DNA of 64,000 bases from Gemmatimonadota bacterium (GCA_040905425.1 JBBDRO010000080.1:1-64000), one strand, 5' to 3'; shown: positions 30,059 through 40,325, numbered from the stretch's first letter. The notes: generated by a model not told the origin, from the sequence alone. Numbers and translations are program-made.

Positions 30059-30711
30059 AAGCGACGATGATCCTGCACGCCATGGCGCTCACGCTGGCGG
30101 CCGGCGCGGCCGGCTGCGCGGCGGGGGCCTCCCCCGCGGCGATGGACCCTGCGCCCGCCCCGAGCCCGGGGACAGAGGGCGGCGGCGCCGCCCCGGAAGC
30201 GCAGGAAGAGGGCCTCGTGCCCGCAGGCTTCGGCACCCTGCGTCTGGATGACATCTCGCTACAACTACGGAGCGGCGCGCTCGAGGTGCGCATCACACCG
30301 CTCGCGGAGAGCGTCACGCGCCTGGCGGCCCCCGACATCCACGAGCGTCTGAGCGCCACCGCACGTAGCGCCGTGGCGCGCGGCGCGGACGCGGATCATG
30401 ACCTCCTCCTGGTGTCCTTCTTCAGCGACCGTCCCGACGTGCCCTTCCAGCCCGAGGACCTGGAGCTCGTGGTGCAGGGCCGGACGCACCGTCCGCAGAA
30501 CATTCTGCCCACCACGCCCGGCTGGACACGCCAGCGCCTGAACCAGCAGGAGAACCAGAGCGCGGTGTACGTCTTCCGCGCCGACGCGGACCTGGCGCAG
30601 GGCTCGCTGGTGGTGGGCTACGGCGCCGCCCGCAGCGATGACTGGAGCCGGGTCATCCCCCGCCTGCAGGATGAGCGCAGCAGGGTGCGGGCGCGCGCGG
30701 GCGGCGGCTGA
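30055..30711 (+). CDS. Hypothetical lipoprotein
   Basis: ATGA-coupled to engB; AAGC lipobox. Confidence 0.7.
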   Translation: MKATMILHAMALTLAAGAAGCAAGASPAAMDPAPAPSPGTEGGGAAPEAQEEGLVPAGFGTLRLDDISLQLRSGALEVRITPLAESVTRLAAPDIHERLSATARSAVARGADADHDLLLVSFFSDRPDVPFQPEDLELVVQGRTHRPQNILPTTPGWTRQRLNQQENQSAVYVFRADADLAQGSLVVGYGAARSDDWSRVIPRLQDERSRVRARAGGG

Positions 30712-30866
30712 GGCGGGCGGCGGCGGGGCTGCACCGGCGGCGGGGGCTGCAATTCCGGGTGGAATCACGGTCCTGACCTTGCGCCGGTCACGATGTGGAC
30801 GGTTCGCGCGTTACTTGTTACGGACTCTGCCGTAGTTCCAGGCACCCCTCCCTCCCTGGAGGCATC

Positions 30867-31508
30867 ATGCGTCGCCTGCTGGTTTCACTCATCCTTCCCG
30901 CCGCGTTCCTCATCCCGCTGGCTGCCGCCGAATACGACGGCGGCTGGTACGTGGCCACCGTCCACGAGCTGCCCGACTACCTGGTGGTGGGTGAGCCCTT
31001 CGAGCTGACCTTCACCCTGCGCGCTCACGGCGTCACGCCCATGGTGGACCGGACCCCGTCCGTGCGCCTGGGCGCCACCGGGCCGGGTGTGGCTGCCAGG
31101 CCCAACATCCGACCTGGCGTCTACACCGCCACGCTGGAGCCCGCGGAGGCGGGCACGGTGAGCCTGGCCATCTCCGCGGGCGCCCCGTTCACCGCGGGTG
31201 TCCGACTCCTGCCGATGGAGGTACTCGCCGCGCCCAACGGCAACGGCCACGCCCTGCCGATGGAGGAGCGCGGCCGCCGTCTCTTCGTGGCCAAGGGCTG
31301 CGCGTCGTGCCACATGCACGCGCGTGCCGAGCAGAGCTTCAGCGCACGGGTGGGCCCGGAACTCACGGACCGCGCGTACAACCGCGGCATCCTGCGGCGC
31401 GTCCTCCAGGATCCGGAGAGCATCCTGGAGTCCGCCGGCTGGCCGATGCCCACGCTGGAGCTGACCGACGCGGAAATCGACGCGCTGAGCGCGTTCATAA
31501 ACGGGTGA
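30867..31508 (+). CDS. Secreted Ig-like domain plus c-type cytochrome
   Basis: GGAGG RBS; signal peptide; CASCH heme motif, GPEL, MP axial Met. Confidence 0.85.
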   Translation: MRRLLVSLILPAAFLIPLAAAEYDGGWYVATVHELPDYLVVGEPFELTFTLRAHGVTPMVDRTPSVRLGATGPGVAARPNIRPGVYTATLEPAEAGTVSLAISAGAPFTAGVRLLPMEVLAAPNGNGHALPMEERGRRLFVAKGCASCHMHARAEQSFSARVGPELTDRAYNRGILRRVLQDPESILESAGWPMPTLELTDAEIDALSAFING

Positions 31509-31601
31509 AGCGGGCCGGGGCGGCTGACGGAGGCTGCGGCGGCGGATGAAGGCCGCCCTTCTCGCGAGGGCCCCATCCAACCGAGAGGACCGCACGTCAC
31601 C

Positions 31602-31992
31602 TCAGAGCGGGATGCCGTATTCCTTGATCTTGCGGTAGAGGGTGCGCTCGCCCATGTCGAGCATTTCGGCCGCCTTGCGCCGGTTGCCGCCGACTTCCTT
31701 GAGCGCGGCCAGAATGGCTTCCCGTTCCAGGTCCTTGAGCGTCATCCCGGGACGGAAGACCACTTCCGCGTGCTCGTCCGCGGTGTCCTCCTCCGCGTCG
31801 TCGGGCGCCATGTCGTCCAGCGAACGGCCGGGGGTGACGTCCATGCCATGGTGCGCGAACGGCGCGGCCAGGGCGTAGCCGGGGCGCACGGGCGCCAGCT
31901 CGGGGTGGGCGTCGCGGTATTCCTCGAAGCGGCGGGACAGGTCATCCACGTCCATGCGGAGCTGGACGAGGGTGCGGAAGACGAACTCCAGC
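31602..31992 (-). pseudogene. Diverged duplicate of the 3' end (linker plus Fis-type HTH) of the sigma-54 activator
   Basis: 101/117 aa identical to the C-terminus of 34229-35827 by hand alignment; homology stops at 31992. Confidence 0.9.
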
Positions 31993-32129
31993 CGTCGTGG
32001 TGGGGCGGCAAATCCGGGAGGCGTGGACGTTCTCTCAGGGTTCCCTGTCGCCGGTGGCGCTGCTGCTTACTCGCGACATCATGGAGGACTGATCGAGAGC
32101 GCTCGCTGCCAAGAGATGATCTACCCCGA

Positions 32130-32520
32130 GCAGGGGGCCTCCGCACGCTCACGAACGAGCCGTTGGATCACACCCGGCAGCGCATGCGCGCCATCGTGGC
32201 CGCCAGCCTCCGGCAGACCCGCGCCACGATCACCTTCAAGGACGGCTATCCTCCCATGCCCTTCACGGAGGGTAACTACGCCCTCATGGCTGAATTCGAC
32301 GCGGTGAACCAGGCGCTCGGCATGAGCGCAGGGCGCGCCTTCGACCCGGGCCAGCGCGGCGCCGCGGACATCAGCTTCGTGGCGCCCTCCGTGGACGGCA
32401 TAGACAGCTTGGGCCCGCTCGGCTCCGGCTCGCACCGTGGATGACCGTGTGGAACTGCCCTCGTTCACGTCAGCAACGAAGCGCGCGGCCTTGCTGATTT
32501 ATCGGCTGACGCGGGATTAG
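32130..32520 (+). pseudogene. C-terminal remnant of an M20/M25/M40 peptidase, frameshifted near 32440
   Basis: GLRTLT...GYPPM...RGAADISFVAP...GSH, then shifted frame KRAALLIYRL-stop; no N-terminus. Confidence 0.75.
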
Positions 32521-32602
32521 AGCAATTCAGCATGGGACGGGGACGTCCGATGCGAAGGTTGTCCGTGACGGCATCCTACATGGAGCTGCCAGTGCCTTTC
32601 CA

Positions 32603-33751
32603 TCACCTCGTGAAGGTCACCTCGAACACGTCGATTCGGCGGTCCCCTTCCGGTGTCTCGCGGACGGTTTGCGCATGGCTATTGCCAATGGGGAGGATCA
32701 GGTCGTCGAACCAGCTTCGGGCCACTAGCTCCCCGGTACGCAGGTCTATCACCTCCACCACGGTGTCGTACACGTCGGAGGCGGTGTAGTCCTCATCCGG
32801 GCGGCGGGCGCGCCACGCGCGGTCCGCTGTGGCAGCCCACACCCGCAGATGGACGCCACCGGCGGTCTGGACACCCGTCATCTGGAGCGCCGCCCGCTCA
32901 GTTCGCAGGTCGCGGCGGCCTGATCGGACCGGGCCCGAGGGCCAGTCGCGCTCGCCGCGGAGCTGCTGCACCACGTTGCCAACCCCATCGAACGCGGCGA
33001 GCGCATACTCGTTGCGCGCCAAAGCCACGACCGTGTCGCCCGGCGTCACGGCAAGCGAGTGACGGTACCACGCGCCGGATCGCTGGTCCAAAGCAAGTCC
33101 CGAATCCAGCACCCTCTCATCAGCCCCGTCGTTCGATAGAAGCTTCAGGCGAATGGTTTCGGCATCCGGTGCGGTCTCAACCAGCACGAAGTCTCGGCTA
33201 CGCGCAGCCACATCGAAGGCACGACCGCGCAGGGTTACTAGCCGTGCCACGCTCCCGGCAGGGTCGAGCAGGGTGAGACGGGGAGGAGAAAAACCGAGTA
33301 CCACCAAGGTATCCGCCCGAAAGCGTAGGATCAGTTGCCCCCGGTACTCGCCAGGCGCCTCTCCTTCGCGACCGATCCTTGCCTCAAGCTGACCGGAGCT
33401 GTCGTAGACCCAGATCTGGCCATTAAAAGTGGCTGAGGAAACATAGAAGCGGCCGTCCGGACTCCTGGCCACCTCGACATTCGGCGCGAACCCGGCAGGG
33501 TCATCCGCACGCCCGAGGGTGGCGATCCTGTCCAAACGTACTGCGCAGGTGGCACACCCCGGTTCGGCTGCGATGGCTGGGACCTGTTGGTCGTCCGCGC
33601 AACTTGGGAGTACCCCGATGATGCCGAGTGTGAGCAGCAACCCAAGGATCCGCACTCTTTGTCCCAGGTCTGAGCCGGTCCATGGAAGGTGCATGGGATC
33701 AGGTGATGGCGCACATGCCGTTGCAGGCCGACTGGCCGAACCAGCCTTCAT
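32603..33751 (-). CDS. 6-bladed/NHL-like beta-propeller protein, probable lipoprotein
   Basis: GGAGG RBS; hydrophobic segment plus LPSC; IGREGEAPGEY; visibly less GC-biased than neighbours. Confidence 0.7.
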   Translation of the reverse strand: MKAGSASRPATACAPSPDPMHLPWTGSDLGQRVRILGLLLTLGIIGVLPSCADDQQVPAIAAEPGCATCAVRLDRIATLGRADDPAGFAPNVEVARSPDGRFYVSSATFNGQIWVYDSSGQLEARIGREGEAPGEYRGQLILRFRADTLVVLGFSPPRLTLLDPAGSVARLVTLRGRAFDVAARSRDFVLVETAPDAETIRLKLLSNDGADERVLDSGLALDQRSGAWYRHSLAVTPGDTVVALARNEYALAAFDGVGNVVQQLRGERDWPSGPVRSGRRDLRTERAALQMTGVQTAGGVHLRVWAATADRAWRARRPDEDYTASDVYDTVVEVIDLRTGELVARSWFDDLILPIGNSHAQTVRETPEGDRRIDVFEVTFTR

Positions 33752-33841
33752 GGCTGCCTCCCTGGTGGTAGCGAGAGCTGAGATTCACATCCCGTAAATG
33801 GGGGTGACGCTCTGACCAAGGCAAGGATTTCATTCGAGCCG

Positions 33842-34045
33842 TGTCAACGACGGATAGAGATGTCCCCGTGTATTGACGCATAGAAATGTCCCCGTGTATT
33901 GACGCATAGAAATGTCCCCTACTCGGGTTGATCCTCGGTGAGGCCGGACCCGGCTCCCAGCGAGAGGCCGTGCAGAGATTGAGTCAACACGATCGTGACC
34001 GGCTGGCGGCGCTGCGCCACGTGGTGGAGCATCAGCTCAGGGTGA
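33842..34045 (+). mobile_element. IS1202-family (ISNCY-like) left-end remnant with truncated transposase start
   Basis: TGTCAAC terminus; three ATAGA(A/G)ATGTCCCC boxes at 26-bp period (33854, 33880, 33906); then LSQHDRDRLAAL resembling the transposase N-terminus. Confidence 0.7.
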
Positions 34046-34228
34046 GACTGCAGCGAGGGGGTGCCGCAACGCGTTGCACAGACGTAGGCATGGTCTCCGA
34101 GAGTCCGGAGTTCGTCGGGATACGCCCGATCGACCGGAACTGAGGCGGTCAGCTGGTGATGGCGGTGGGTGGGAGTGGGGCGCCTGACGGAGATCGCATC
34201 GGCTCGAAGTGACCGACCTCACCTCACC

Positions 34229-35827
34229 CTAGAGCGGGATGCCATACTCCTTGATCTTGCGGTAGAGGGTGCGCTCGCCCATGTCGAGCATCTCGGCCGC
34301 CTTGCGCCGGTTGCCGCCGACCTCCTTGAGCGCGGCCAGGATGGCCTCCCGCTCCAGGTCCTTGAGCGTCATCCCCGGCCGGAAGACCACCTCGGCGTGC
34401 TCGTCCGCCGTGTACTCCTCCCCTTCCCCCGGTGGCACGTCATCCAGCGACCGGTCGGGGGTGACGTCCACGCCGCGGTGCACGTACGGCGCGGGCAGGG
34501 CCAGGCCGGGGCGCCCGGAGATCAGCTCGGGATGGGCGTCGCGGTACTCCTCGAAGCGGCGGGACAGGTCATCCACGTCCATGCGGAGCTGCACGAGCGT
34601 GCGGAAGACGAACTCCAGCTCGGGCGGTGTGGCCGCTCCCTCCCGGTCCTCGGTGTCACGCGCCGGCGGGCGCGGGATGGGCACGGGCAGCAGGCGCGAG
34701 GCGGCGCGGCGGTCGCGGATCTCGGGTGGGACGTCCTCCGGCCGGATGACTGCGCCGTGCGAGAGCACCACCATGGACTCGACCAGGTTCTTGAGCTCCC
34801 GCACATTGCCGGGCCATTCGTAGTCCACCAGGGTACGCATGGCGTCGGGCTCCACGGTTATCCTGGGGCGGCCGTGCTCCGCGGCGGCCTCCGCCATGAA
34901 CGCGTCCATGAGCAGCGGGATGTCCCCTCTCCGCTCACGCAGCGGCGGCAGGTGGACGGCCAGGATGTTCAGCCGGTAGTATAGGTCGCGCCGGAAGTGG
35001 CCCACCTCCACGAGCTGGCGGAGCGGCTGGTTGGTGGCGGCGATGACGCGCACGTCCACCTTGAGCGACTGCTCGCCCCCGAGCCGCATGAACTCCCGCT
35101 CCTCCAGCACGCGTAGCAGCTTGGCCTGCGTGGCCTGGGGCAGCTCGCCGATCTCGTCCAGGAAGAGCGTGCCCTTGTGAGCCAGCTCGAAGAGCCCCTT
35201 GCGCTGGCCGATGGCGCCCGTGAAGGAGCCCTTCTCGTGGCCGAAGAGCTCCGACTCCAGCAGCGTCTCGGGAAGCGCCGCCACGTTGGCGGGGATGAAC
35301 GGCTTGTGCCGCCGCGGCGAGAGCGCGTGGATGCCCCGCGCAGCGCGCTCCTTTCCCGTCCCGCTCTCCCCGGTGAGCAGCACCGTGGAGCTCACCGGCG
35401 CGAACTGGACGATGCGCTCCAGCACCTCGATGATCTCGTCCGTCTCCCCTACCACACCCGTAACGGTGCGCAGCCGCTGCCGCTCGATCAGCCGCTTGCC
35501 CAGGCGGGCCGTGTCGGCGGGATCGATGGGCTTGCTGACCACTTCGGTCACGCCCAGCCGGCGGCGCGTGTCGGGCGTGGCCTGCCCGGTGGGCTCGAGT
35601 AGCGCCACGATCGGCAGCCCGTCGTGGGAGCGGGCCTCCCGCACCAGCCTGCGCGCCTGCTTCTCGTCCAAGCCGCCGGTGAGTACCAACAGGATGGGGT
35701 CCTCCACGTCGGCCACGTGCTCACCGGGGGTGAGCAGCTCGACGCGGTAGCCCTCTTCCTGAAATGCCTCGCGCAGGCGGACGGCGGGCTCGAGGTCGGC
35801 GGTGGTGACGAGCACGGTGGCGGCCAT
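34229..35827 (-). CDS. Sigma-54-dependent activator (atypical receiver, AAA+, Fis HTH)
   Basis: GESGTGKE, ESELFGHEKGSFTGA, FLDEIGE, WPGNVREL, HTH. Confidence 0.95.
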   Translation of the reverse strand: MAATVLVTTADLEPAVRLREAFQEEGYRVELLTPGEHVADVEDPILLVLTGGLDEKQARRLVREARSHDGLPIVALLEPTGQATPDTRRRLGVTEVVSKPIDPADTARLGKRLIERQRLRTVTGVVGETDEIIEVLERIVQFAPVSSTVLLTGESGTGKERAARGIHALSPRRHKPFIPANVAALPETLLESELFGHEKGSFTGAIGQRKGLFELAHKGTLFLDEIGELPQATQAKLLRVLEEREFMRLGGEQSLKVDVRVIAATNQPLRQLVEVGHFRRDLYYRLNILAVHLPPLRERRGDIPLLMDAFMAEAAAEHGRPRITVEPDAMRTLVDYEWPGNVRELKNLVESMVVLSHGAVIRPEDVPPEIRDRRAASRLLPVPIPRPPARDTEDREGAATPPELEFVFRTLVQLRMDVDDLSRRFEEYRDAHPELISGRPGLALPAPYVHRGVDVTPDRSLDDVPPGEGEEYTADEHAEVVFRPGMTLKDLEREAILAALKEVGGNRRKAAEMLDMGERTLYRKIKEYGIPL

Positions 35828-35830
35828 GGC

Positions 35831-36397
35831 TCAGCCCTCCATGACGGCGTCCGTGGCGTCCACGGCTGTGGCGGAACGACCGGAGTCCTCAGCGCGGGCG
35901 GAGCCCGCGGGCGGATCGTGACGCTCCGTGGCCTGGCCGCGTAGCAACTGCGCGGCGTGCGCCATGAGCGGAGCCAGCACGGCGGCCCCCTCCTTCACAC
36001 CGGCGGTGCTGCCCGGCAGATTCACGATGAGCGTCCGCGCGCGCACGCCGGCCACACCCCGGGAAAGCGCCGCGTAGGGGTGGTCCGTGGCGGCGCGGAG
36101 CGCCTCCGCGATGCCGGGCGCATCACGCTCCAGCACGCTGCGGGTGGCCTCGGGCGTGACGTCCCGCGCGGTCAGGCCCGTGCCGCCGGTGGTCACGATC
36201 ACGTCGGCGGTCCCGCCATCCGCCAGACGTGTGAGGAGCGCCGCCACCGCGGCGCTCTCGTCGGGCACGACCGCGCGCTCGGCCAGCGCGTGGCCCGTCG
36301 CGGCCACCCACGCCTCCAGGGCGTCGCCGGAGGCGTCGGCCCGGCTGCCGCGAGCCACGCCGTCGGACACCGTCACGACCGCGATCCTGACGCTCAC
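35831..36397 (-). CDS. moaB: MogA/MoaB molybdenum cofactor biosynthesis protein
   Basis: VTVSD, TTGGTG...RDVTPEA, SRGVAG, NLPGS. Confidence 0.9.
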   Translation of the reverse strand: MSVRIAVVTVSDGVARGSRADASGDALEAWVAATGHALAERAVVPDESAAVAALLTRLADGGTADVIVTTGGTGLTARDVTPEATRSVLERDAPGIAEALRAATDHPYAALSRGVAGVRARTLIVNLPGSTAGVKEGAAVLAPLMAHAAQLLRGQATERHDPPAGSARAEDSGRSATAVDATDAVMEG

Positions 36398-36446
36398 GGC
36401 GCGGGTGGGAAGCCCGGGCGGGCCGGAGGGGACGTCGCTTGAACGG

Positions 36447-37556
36447 TCACCGCTTGATGGATCCTTCCGTATAGAAGGGCGGCCGCGTCACCTCGGCCGG
36501 CACCTCTTTGTCCCGAATGACCACGTGGATGATCGTGCCGGGCTTGGCCGCTTCGGTGGGGACGTAGGCCATGCCGATCCCCTGATCCAGCATGGGTGAA
36601 TGGATGCCGCTGGTGACCTCCCCGGCGGGCTCGCCGGCCACGCGCACCTCGTATCCCTGCCGCGGGAAGCCACGCTCCCGCATGACGAAGCCCACCAGCT
36701 TGCGGGCCACGCCGGCCTCCTTGAGCTCGGCCAGCGCGTCGCGGCCGATGAAGTCCCCCTTGCCGAGCTTGACGATCCAGCCCAGGCCGGCCTCGAGCGG
36801 GGTGATGCGATCGTCTACGTCATTGCCGTGCAGCGCATAGCCCACCTCCAGACGGAGGCCATCGCGCGCGCCCAGGCCGGCGGGAATGAGCCCGTCATCG
36901 GCGCCCGCCTCCAGCAGCGCGTCCCACACGTGCGCCGTGTCGGCGGCGTCCAGGTAGAGTTCGAAGCCGTCCTCGCCGGTGTAGCCGGTGCGGCTGAGGG
37001 TGGCGGGCCGACCTGCCACCTCTCCCTCGGCGAAGTGGTAGTAGGCAATGCCGTCCAGGTCGGTGTCCGTCAGCCGCGCCAGGATGGCCTGCGCCTGCGG
37101 TCCCTGCAGCGCCAGCAGGCCGACCTCGGCGGAACGGTCCTGGAGCTCCATGTCCCGCCCCTCTGCGTGCTCGCGGAACCAGGCCAGGTCGCGCTCCAGA
37201 TTGCCCGCATTCACCACCACCATGTAGTGGTCCGGGTAGCGGTAGACAATGCAGTCGTCGATGACACCGCCCTCGGGATTCAGGCTGGCCGAGTACTGCG
37301 CTTGCCCCACCGCCAGCTGGGAGACGTCATTGGTGGTGAGGTGCTGCAGGAAGGCCAGCGCCTCGGGGCCGCGCACGAAGAACTCACCCATGTGGGACAC
37401 GTCAAAGAGGCCGGCGGCGGTACGCACGGCGCGATGCTCGGCCATGATTCCCGTGGCGTACTGCACGGGCATGCTGAAGCCGGCGAAGGGCACCATCTTG
37501 CCGCCCGCCGCCAGGTGGCGATCGTGCAGCGGGGTCTGTTTCAGCGTGTCGGCCAT
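36447..37556 (-). CDS. gcvT: Glycine cleavage aminomethyltransferase
   Basis: TPLH, GLFDVSHMGE, RTGYTGEDGFE, GLGARD.LRLE. Confidence 0.96.
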   Translation of the reverse strand: MADTLKQTPLHDRHLAAGGKMVPFAGFSMPVQYATGIMAEHRAVRTAAGLFDVSHMGEFFVRGPEALAFLQHLTTNDVSQLAVGQAQYSASLNPEGGVIDDCIVYRYPDHYMVVVNAGNLERDLAWFREHAEGRDMELQDRSAEVGLLALQGPQAQAILARLTDTDLDGIAYYHFAEGEVAGRPATLSRTGYTGEDGFELYLDAADTAHVWDALLEAGADDGLIPAGLGARDGLRLEVGYALHGNDVDDRITPLEAGLGWIVKLGKGDFIGRDALAELKEAGVARKLVGFVMRERGFPRQGYEVRVAGEPAGEVTSGIHSPMLDQGIGMAYVPTEAAKPGTIIHVVIRDKEVPAEVTRPPFYTEGSIKR

Positions 37557-37596
37557 CGTATCTCCTCGCACCAGTGGTGCGTCAGCATGTCGTGGA

Positions 37597-38502
37597 TCAT
37601 CCCATGAGCGTGGCCAGGATGGCCTTCTGCACGTGGAGACGGTTCTCGGCCTCGTCGAAGACGCGTGAGCGCGGACCCTCGATGACCTCGTCGGCCACCT
37701 CCTCACCGCGGTGCGCGGGAAGACAGTGCAGAAAGATGGCGTCCGCCGTGGCGCGCTCCATCAGGGCGGCGTCCACCTGGTAGCCGGCAAAGGCGCGCTC
37801 GCGCGCCGCCTGCTCCTCCTCCTGGCCCATGGAGGTCCAGACGTCCGTGTTCACGACGTCCGCCCCGTCCACGGCCTCCCCCGGATCGCTGGTTAGGAGC
37901 ACCGTGGTGGCCTCCTCCGCCCGGCGCAGGATCGCGGGATCGGGGCGGTAGCCCTCGGGGCAGGCCAGGCGCAACTCGAAGCCGAAGCGGGCGGCCGCGT
38001 TCAGCCAGGAGTTGGCCATGTTGTTGCCGTCGCCCACCCAGGCGATGCGCCGGCCCGACAGATCCGGTCCGAACGCCTCCTGCACGGTCATGACGTCCGC
38101 CATGATCTGGCAGGGGTGGAGCAGGTCGGTGAGGCCGTTGATGACGGGCACGCTGCCGTGCTCGGCGAGCGCCTCGGGATCCGCCTGGTCGAAGGTGCGG
38201 ATCATGATGCCGTCCACATAGCGGGAGAGCACCCGCGCGGTGTCCTTGATGGGCTCGCCCCGGCCCAGCTGGATGTCCCGGCTGGAGAGGAAGAGGGCGT
38301 GCCCCCCCAGCTGGTAGGTCCCCACCTCGAAGCTCACGCGCGTGCGGGTGGAGCTCTTGGTGAAGATCATGGCCAGCGTCTTCCCCTCGAGCGGTCGGCC
38401 GCGCTCCTGGCCCGCCTTCATGCGGCGCGCCAGTTCCAGGACGGCGTAAAGTTCGTCGGTGCTCAGGTCGGGGATGCTCAGAAAGTGCCGTGCGCTGCCC
38501 AT
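37597..38502 (-). CDS. argF: Ornithine carbamoyltransferase
   Basis: STRTR, HPCQ, DVWTSMG, HCLP. Confidence 0.96.
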   Translation of the reverse strand: MGSARHFLSIPDLSTDELYAVLELARRMKAGQERGRPLEGKTLAMIFTKSSTRTRVSFEVGTYQLGGHALFLSSRDIQLGRGEPIKDTARVLSRYVDGIMIRTFDQADPEALAEHGSVPVINGLTDLLHPCQIMADVMTVQEAFGPDLSGRRIAWVGDGNNMANSWLNAAARFGFELRLACPEGYRPDPAILRRAEEATTVLLTSDPGEAVDGADVVNTDVWTSMGQEEEQAARERAFAGYQVDAALMERATADAIFLHCLPAHRGEEVADEVIEGPRSRVFDEAENRLHVQKAILATLMG

Positions 38503-38750
38503 GAAACCGTTCGCGTAGTACGTTTTTCGGGCACCCGGGAGGGGGCGGATCCGGGCATGCCGAATCGGCAGGCAAGGTAGGGACGGGGCTGATGGGGGAC
38601 AAGGGCGGTGGAGGGGGCGCGGGATGCGGGTGAGGCATGCCGGCCTTGCCAAAGGGACGGCGTCGCGGTTGCTTGTGGTACGGTCCGCCATCGTTCAGAA
38701 ACAGCATCCCTGACGGATCCGAAGGCGGACACTCCCTCCCGGAGGACAGG

Positions 38751-40325
38751 ATGAAGCGGACGATCGGCTTTGCGGCGTTGGCGCTGACGATGGTGGCACC
38801 CCTCGCGGCGCAGGGTCATGCGCACGCCCCCGGCCAGCAGCTCGGATCGGTAGAGTTCTCGGTCCAGTGCAACGCCGAGGCGCAGCAGCGGATGAATACT
38901 GCGGTCGCCATGCTTCACTCGTTCTGGTTCCCCGAGGCGCGGCGGACCTTCGAGGCGGTCGTGGAAGCCGACCCCGGCTGCGGGATTGCCTACTGGGGCG
39001 TGGCCATGAGCCACTTTGGCAATCCCATGGCGGGCGGCGCCGGCCCGGACCAGCAGGCTCTGGGATGGGAGGCGGCGCAGCGGGCGCGGAGCCTTGGCGC
39101 ACGAAGCGACCGCGACCACGCCTTCATCGACGCGGCGGTCGCGCTCTTCGAGGGGCACGAGCGCGCCGACAACCGCACGCGCATGCGCGCCTACGAGGCC
39201 GCCCTGGCGGCGGTGGTGGAGCGGAACCCCGACGACCGGGAGGCAACGATCTTCCACCGGATCATGATGGTGGCCAACGCCGATCCGGCCGATCTCACCT
39301 TCGCGCGGCAGAGGGAGGCCGCGACCACGCTCATCCCGCTCTTCCAGCAGCAACCGCAGCATCCGGGGCTCGCGCACTACATCATCCACGCCTTCGACTC
39401 GCCCCCGCTCGCCGATCAGGCGCTGGACGCCGCGCGCCGCTACGCCGACATTGCGCCCGCGGCGCCGCACGCGCTCCACATGCCGTCACACATCTTCACG
39501 CGCCTCGGCTACTGGGACGAGTCGATCCGCACCAACCGTCGGTCCGCTGACGTCGAGCCGGCGCTGGGCGGCAAGATGCACCCGATGGACTATATGGTCT
39601 ACGCGTACCTGCAGATGGGGGACGACGCCGCGGCGCTCGCCGTGATCCGTGAGTTGGGAGGCGACTCCAACGGCCGGTACGCGGCCGGCAACCCCACCTC
39701 GTACAACGCGCTCGCGATGCCTGCCAGGTACGCGCTCGAGCGGGATGACTGGAGCGCCGCCGCGGCGCTCGCGGTAGTCGGCGGTCCGCCGTCCGCCGCG
39801 CATGTGACGCGATTCGCGCGGGGGATCGGCGCCGCGCGCTCGGGCAACGCCGCCGCGGCCAGGACAGAGGTCCAGGCGCTGGAGGGGCTGGTCGCGACGC
39901 TGAACGACCAGGATCCGTACTGGGCGCACGTCGTGGACGCGCAGCGCATGGCCGTCGGCGCGTGGATCGCCCACCTCGACGGACAGCACGCGGAGGCGCT
40001 CCGCCTGGCCCGCGCCGCGGCCGACAAGGAGGAAGAGGTCGAGAAGCACCCGGTTACGCCCGGGCCGCTCATCCCGGCGCGCGAGCTACTCGGCGACATC
40101 CTCAGGGTGCACGATCAGCCGGCCGAGGCGCTCGCGGCCTACGAGGCCGTGCTCAAGAGCGAGCCCAACCGAGCGCGCACGCTGCACGGCGCCGCCGCAG
40201 CCGCGAGAGCCGCCGGCCGGCCCGAGGTTGCGCGACGCCACTACCAGGCGCTGATCGAGCTTCTCGACGAGCGCTCAACGCGTCCCGCGCTGGCCGAGGC
40301 CCGGGCGTTCCTGGCGGGAGGCTGA
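38751..40325 (+). CDS. Secreted TPR-like helical hypothetical protein
   Basis: GGAGG RBS; signal peptide; LHSFW, HPGLAHYIIH, HALHMPSHIF histidine cluster. Confidence 0.8.
   Translation: MKRTIGFAALALTMVAPLAAQGHAHAPGQQLGSVEFSVQCNAEAQQRMNTAVAMLHSFWFPEARRTFEAVVEADPGCGIAYWGVAMSHFGNPMAGGAGPDQQALGWEAAQRARSLGARSDRDHAFIDAAVALFEGHERADNRTRMRAYEAALAAVVERNPDDREATIFHRIMMVANADPADLTFARQREAATTLIPLFQQQPQHPGLAHYIIHAFDSPPLADQALDAARRYADIAPAAPHALHMPSHIFTRLGYWDESIRTNRRSADVEPALGGKMHPMDYMVYAYLQMGDDAAALAVIRELGGDSNGRYAAGNPTSYNALAMPARYALERDDWSAAAALAVVGGPPSAAHVTRFARGIGAARSGNAAAARTEVQALEGLVATLNDQDPYWAHVVDAQRMAVGAWIAHLDGQHAEALRLARAAADKEEEVEKHPVTPGPLIPARELLGDILRVHDQPAEALAAYEAVLKSEPNRARTLHGAAAAARAAGRPEVARRHYQALIELLDERSTRPALAEARAFLAGG

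Noticed and set aside
33854..33919. 26-bp periodic repeats as a mini-CRISPR or iterons
   Set aside because: Linkers are identical rather than unique spacers, there are no cas or rep genes, and the context fits an IS end
37557..37596. Glycine riboswitch before gcvT
   Set aside because: Only 40 bp separate argF and gcvT
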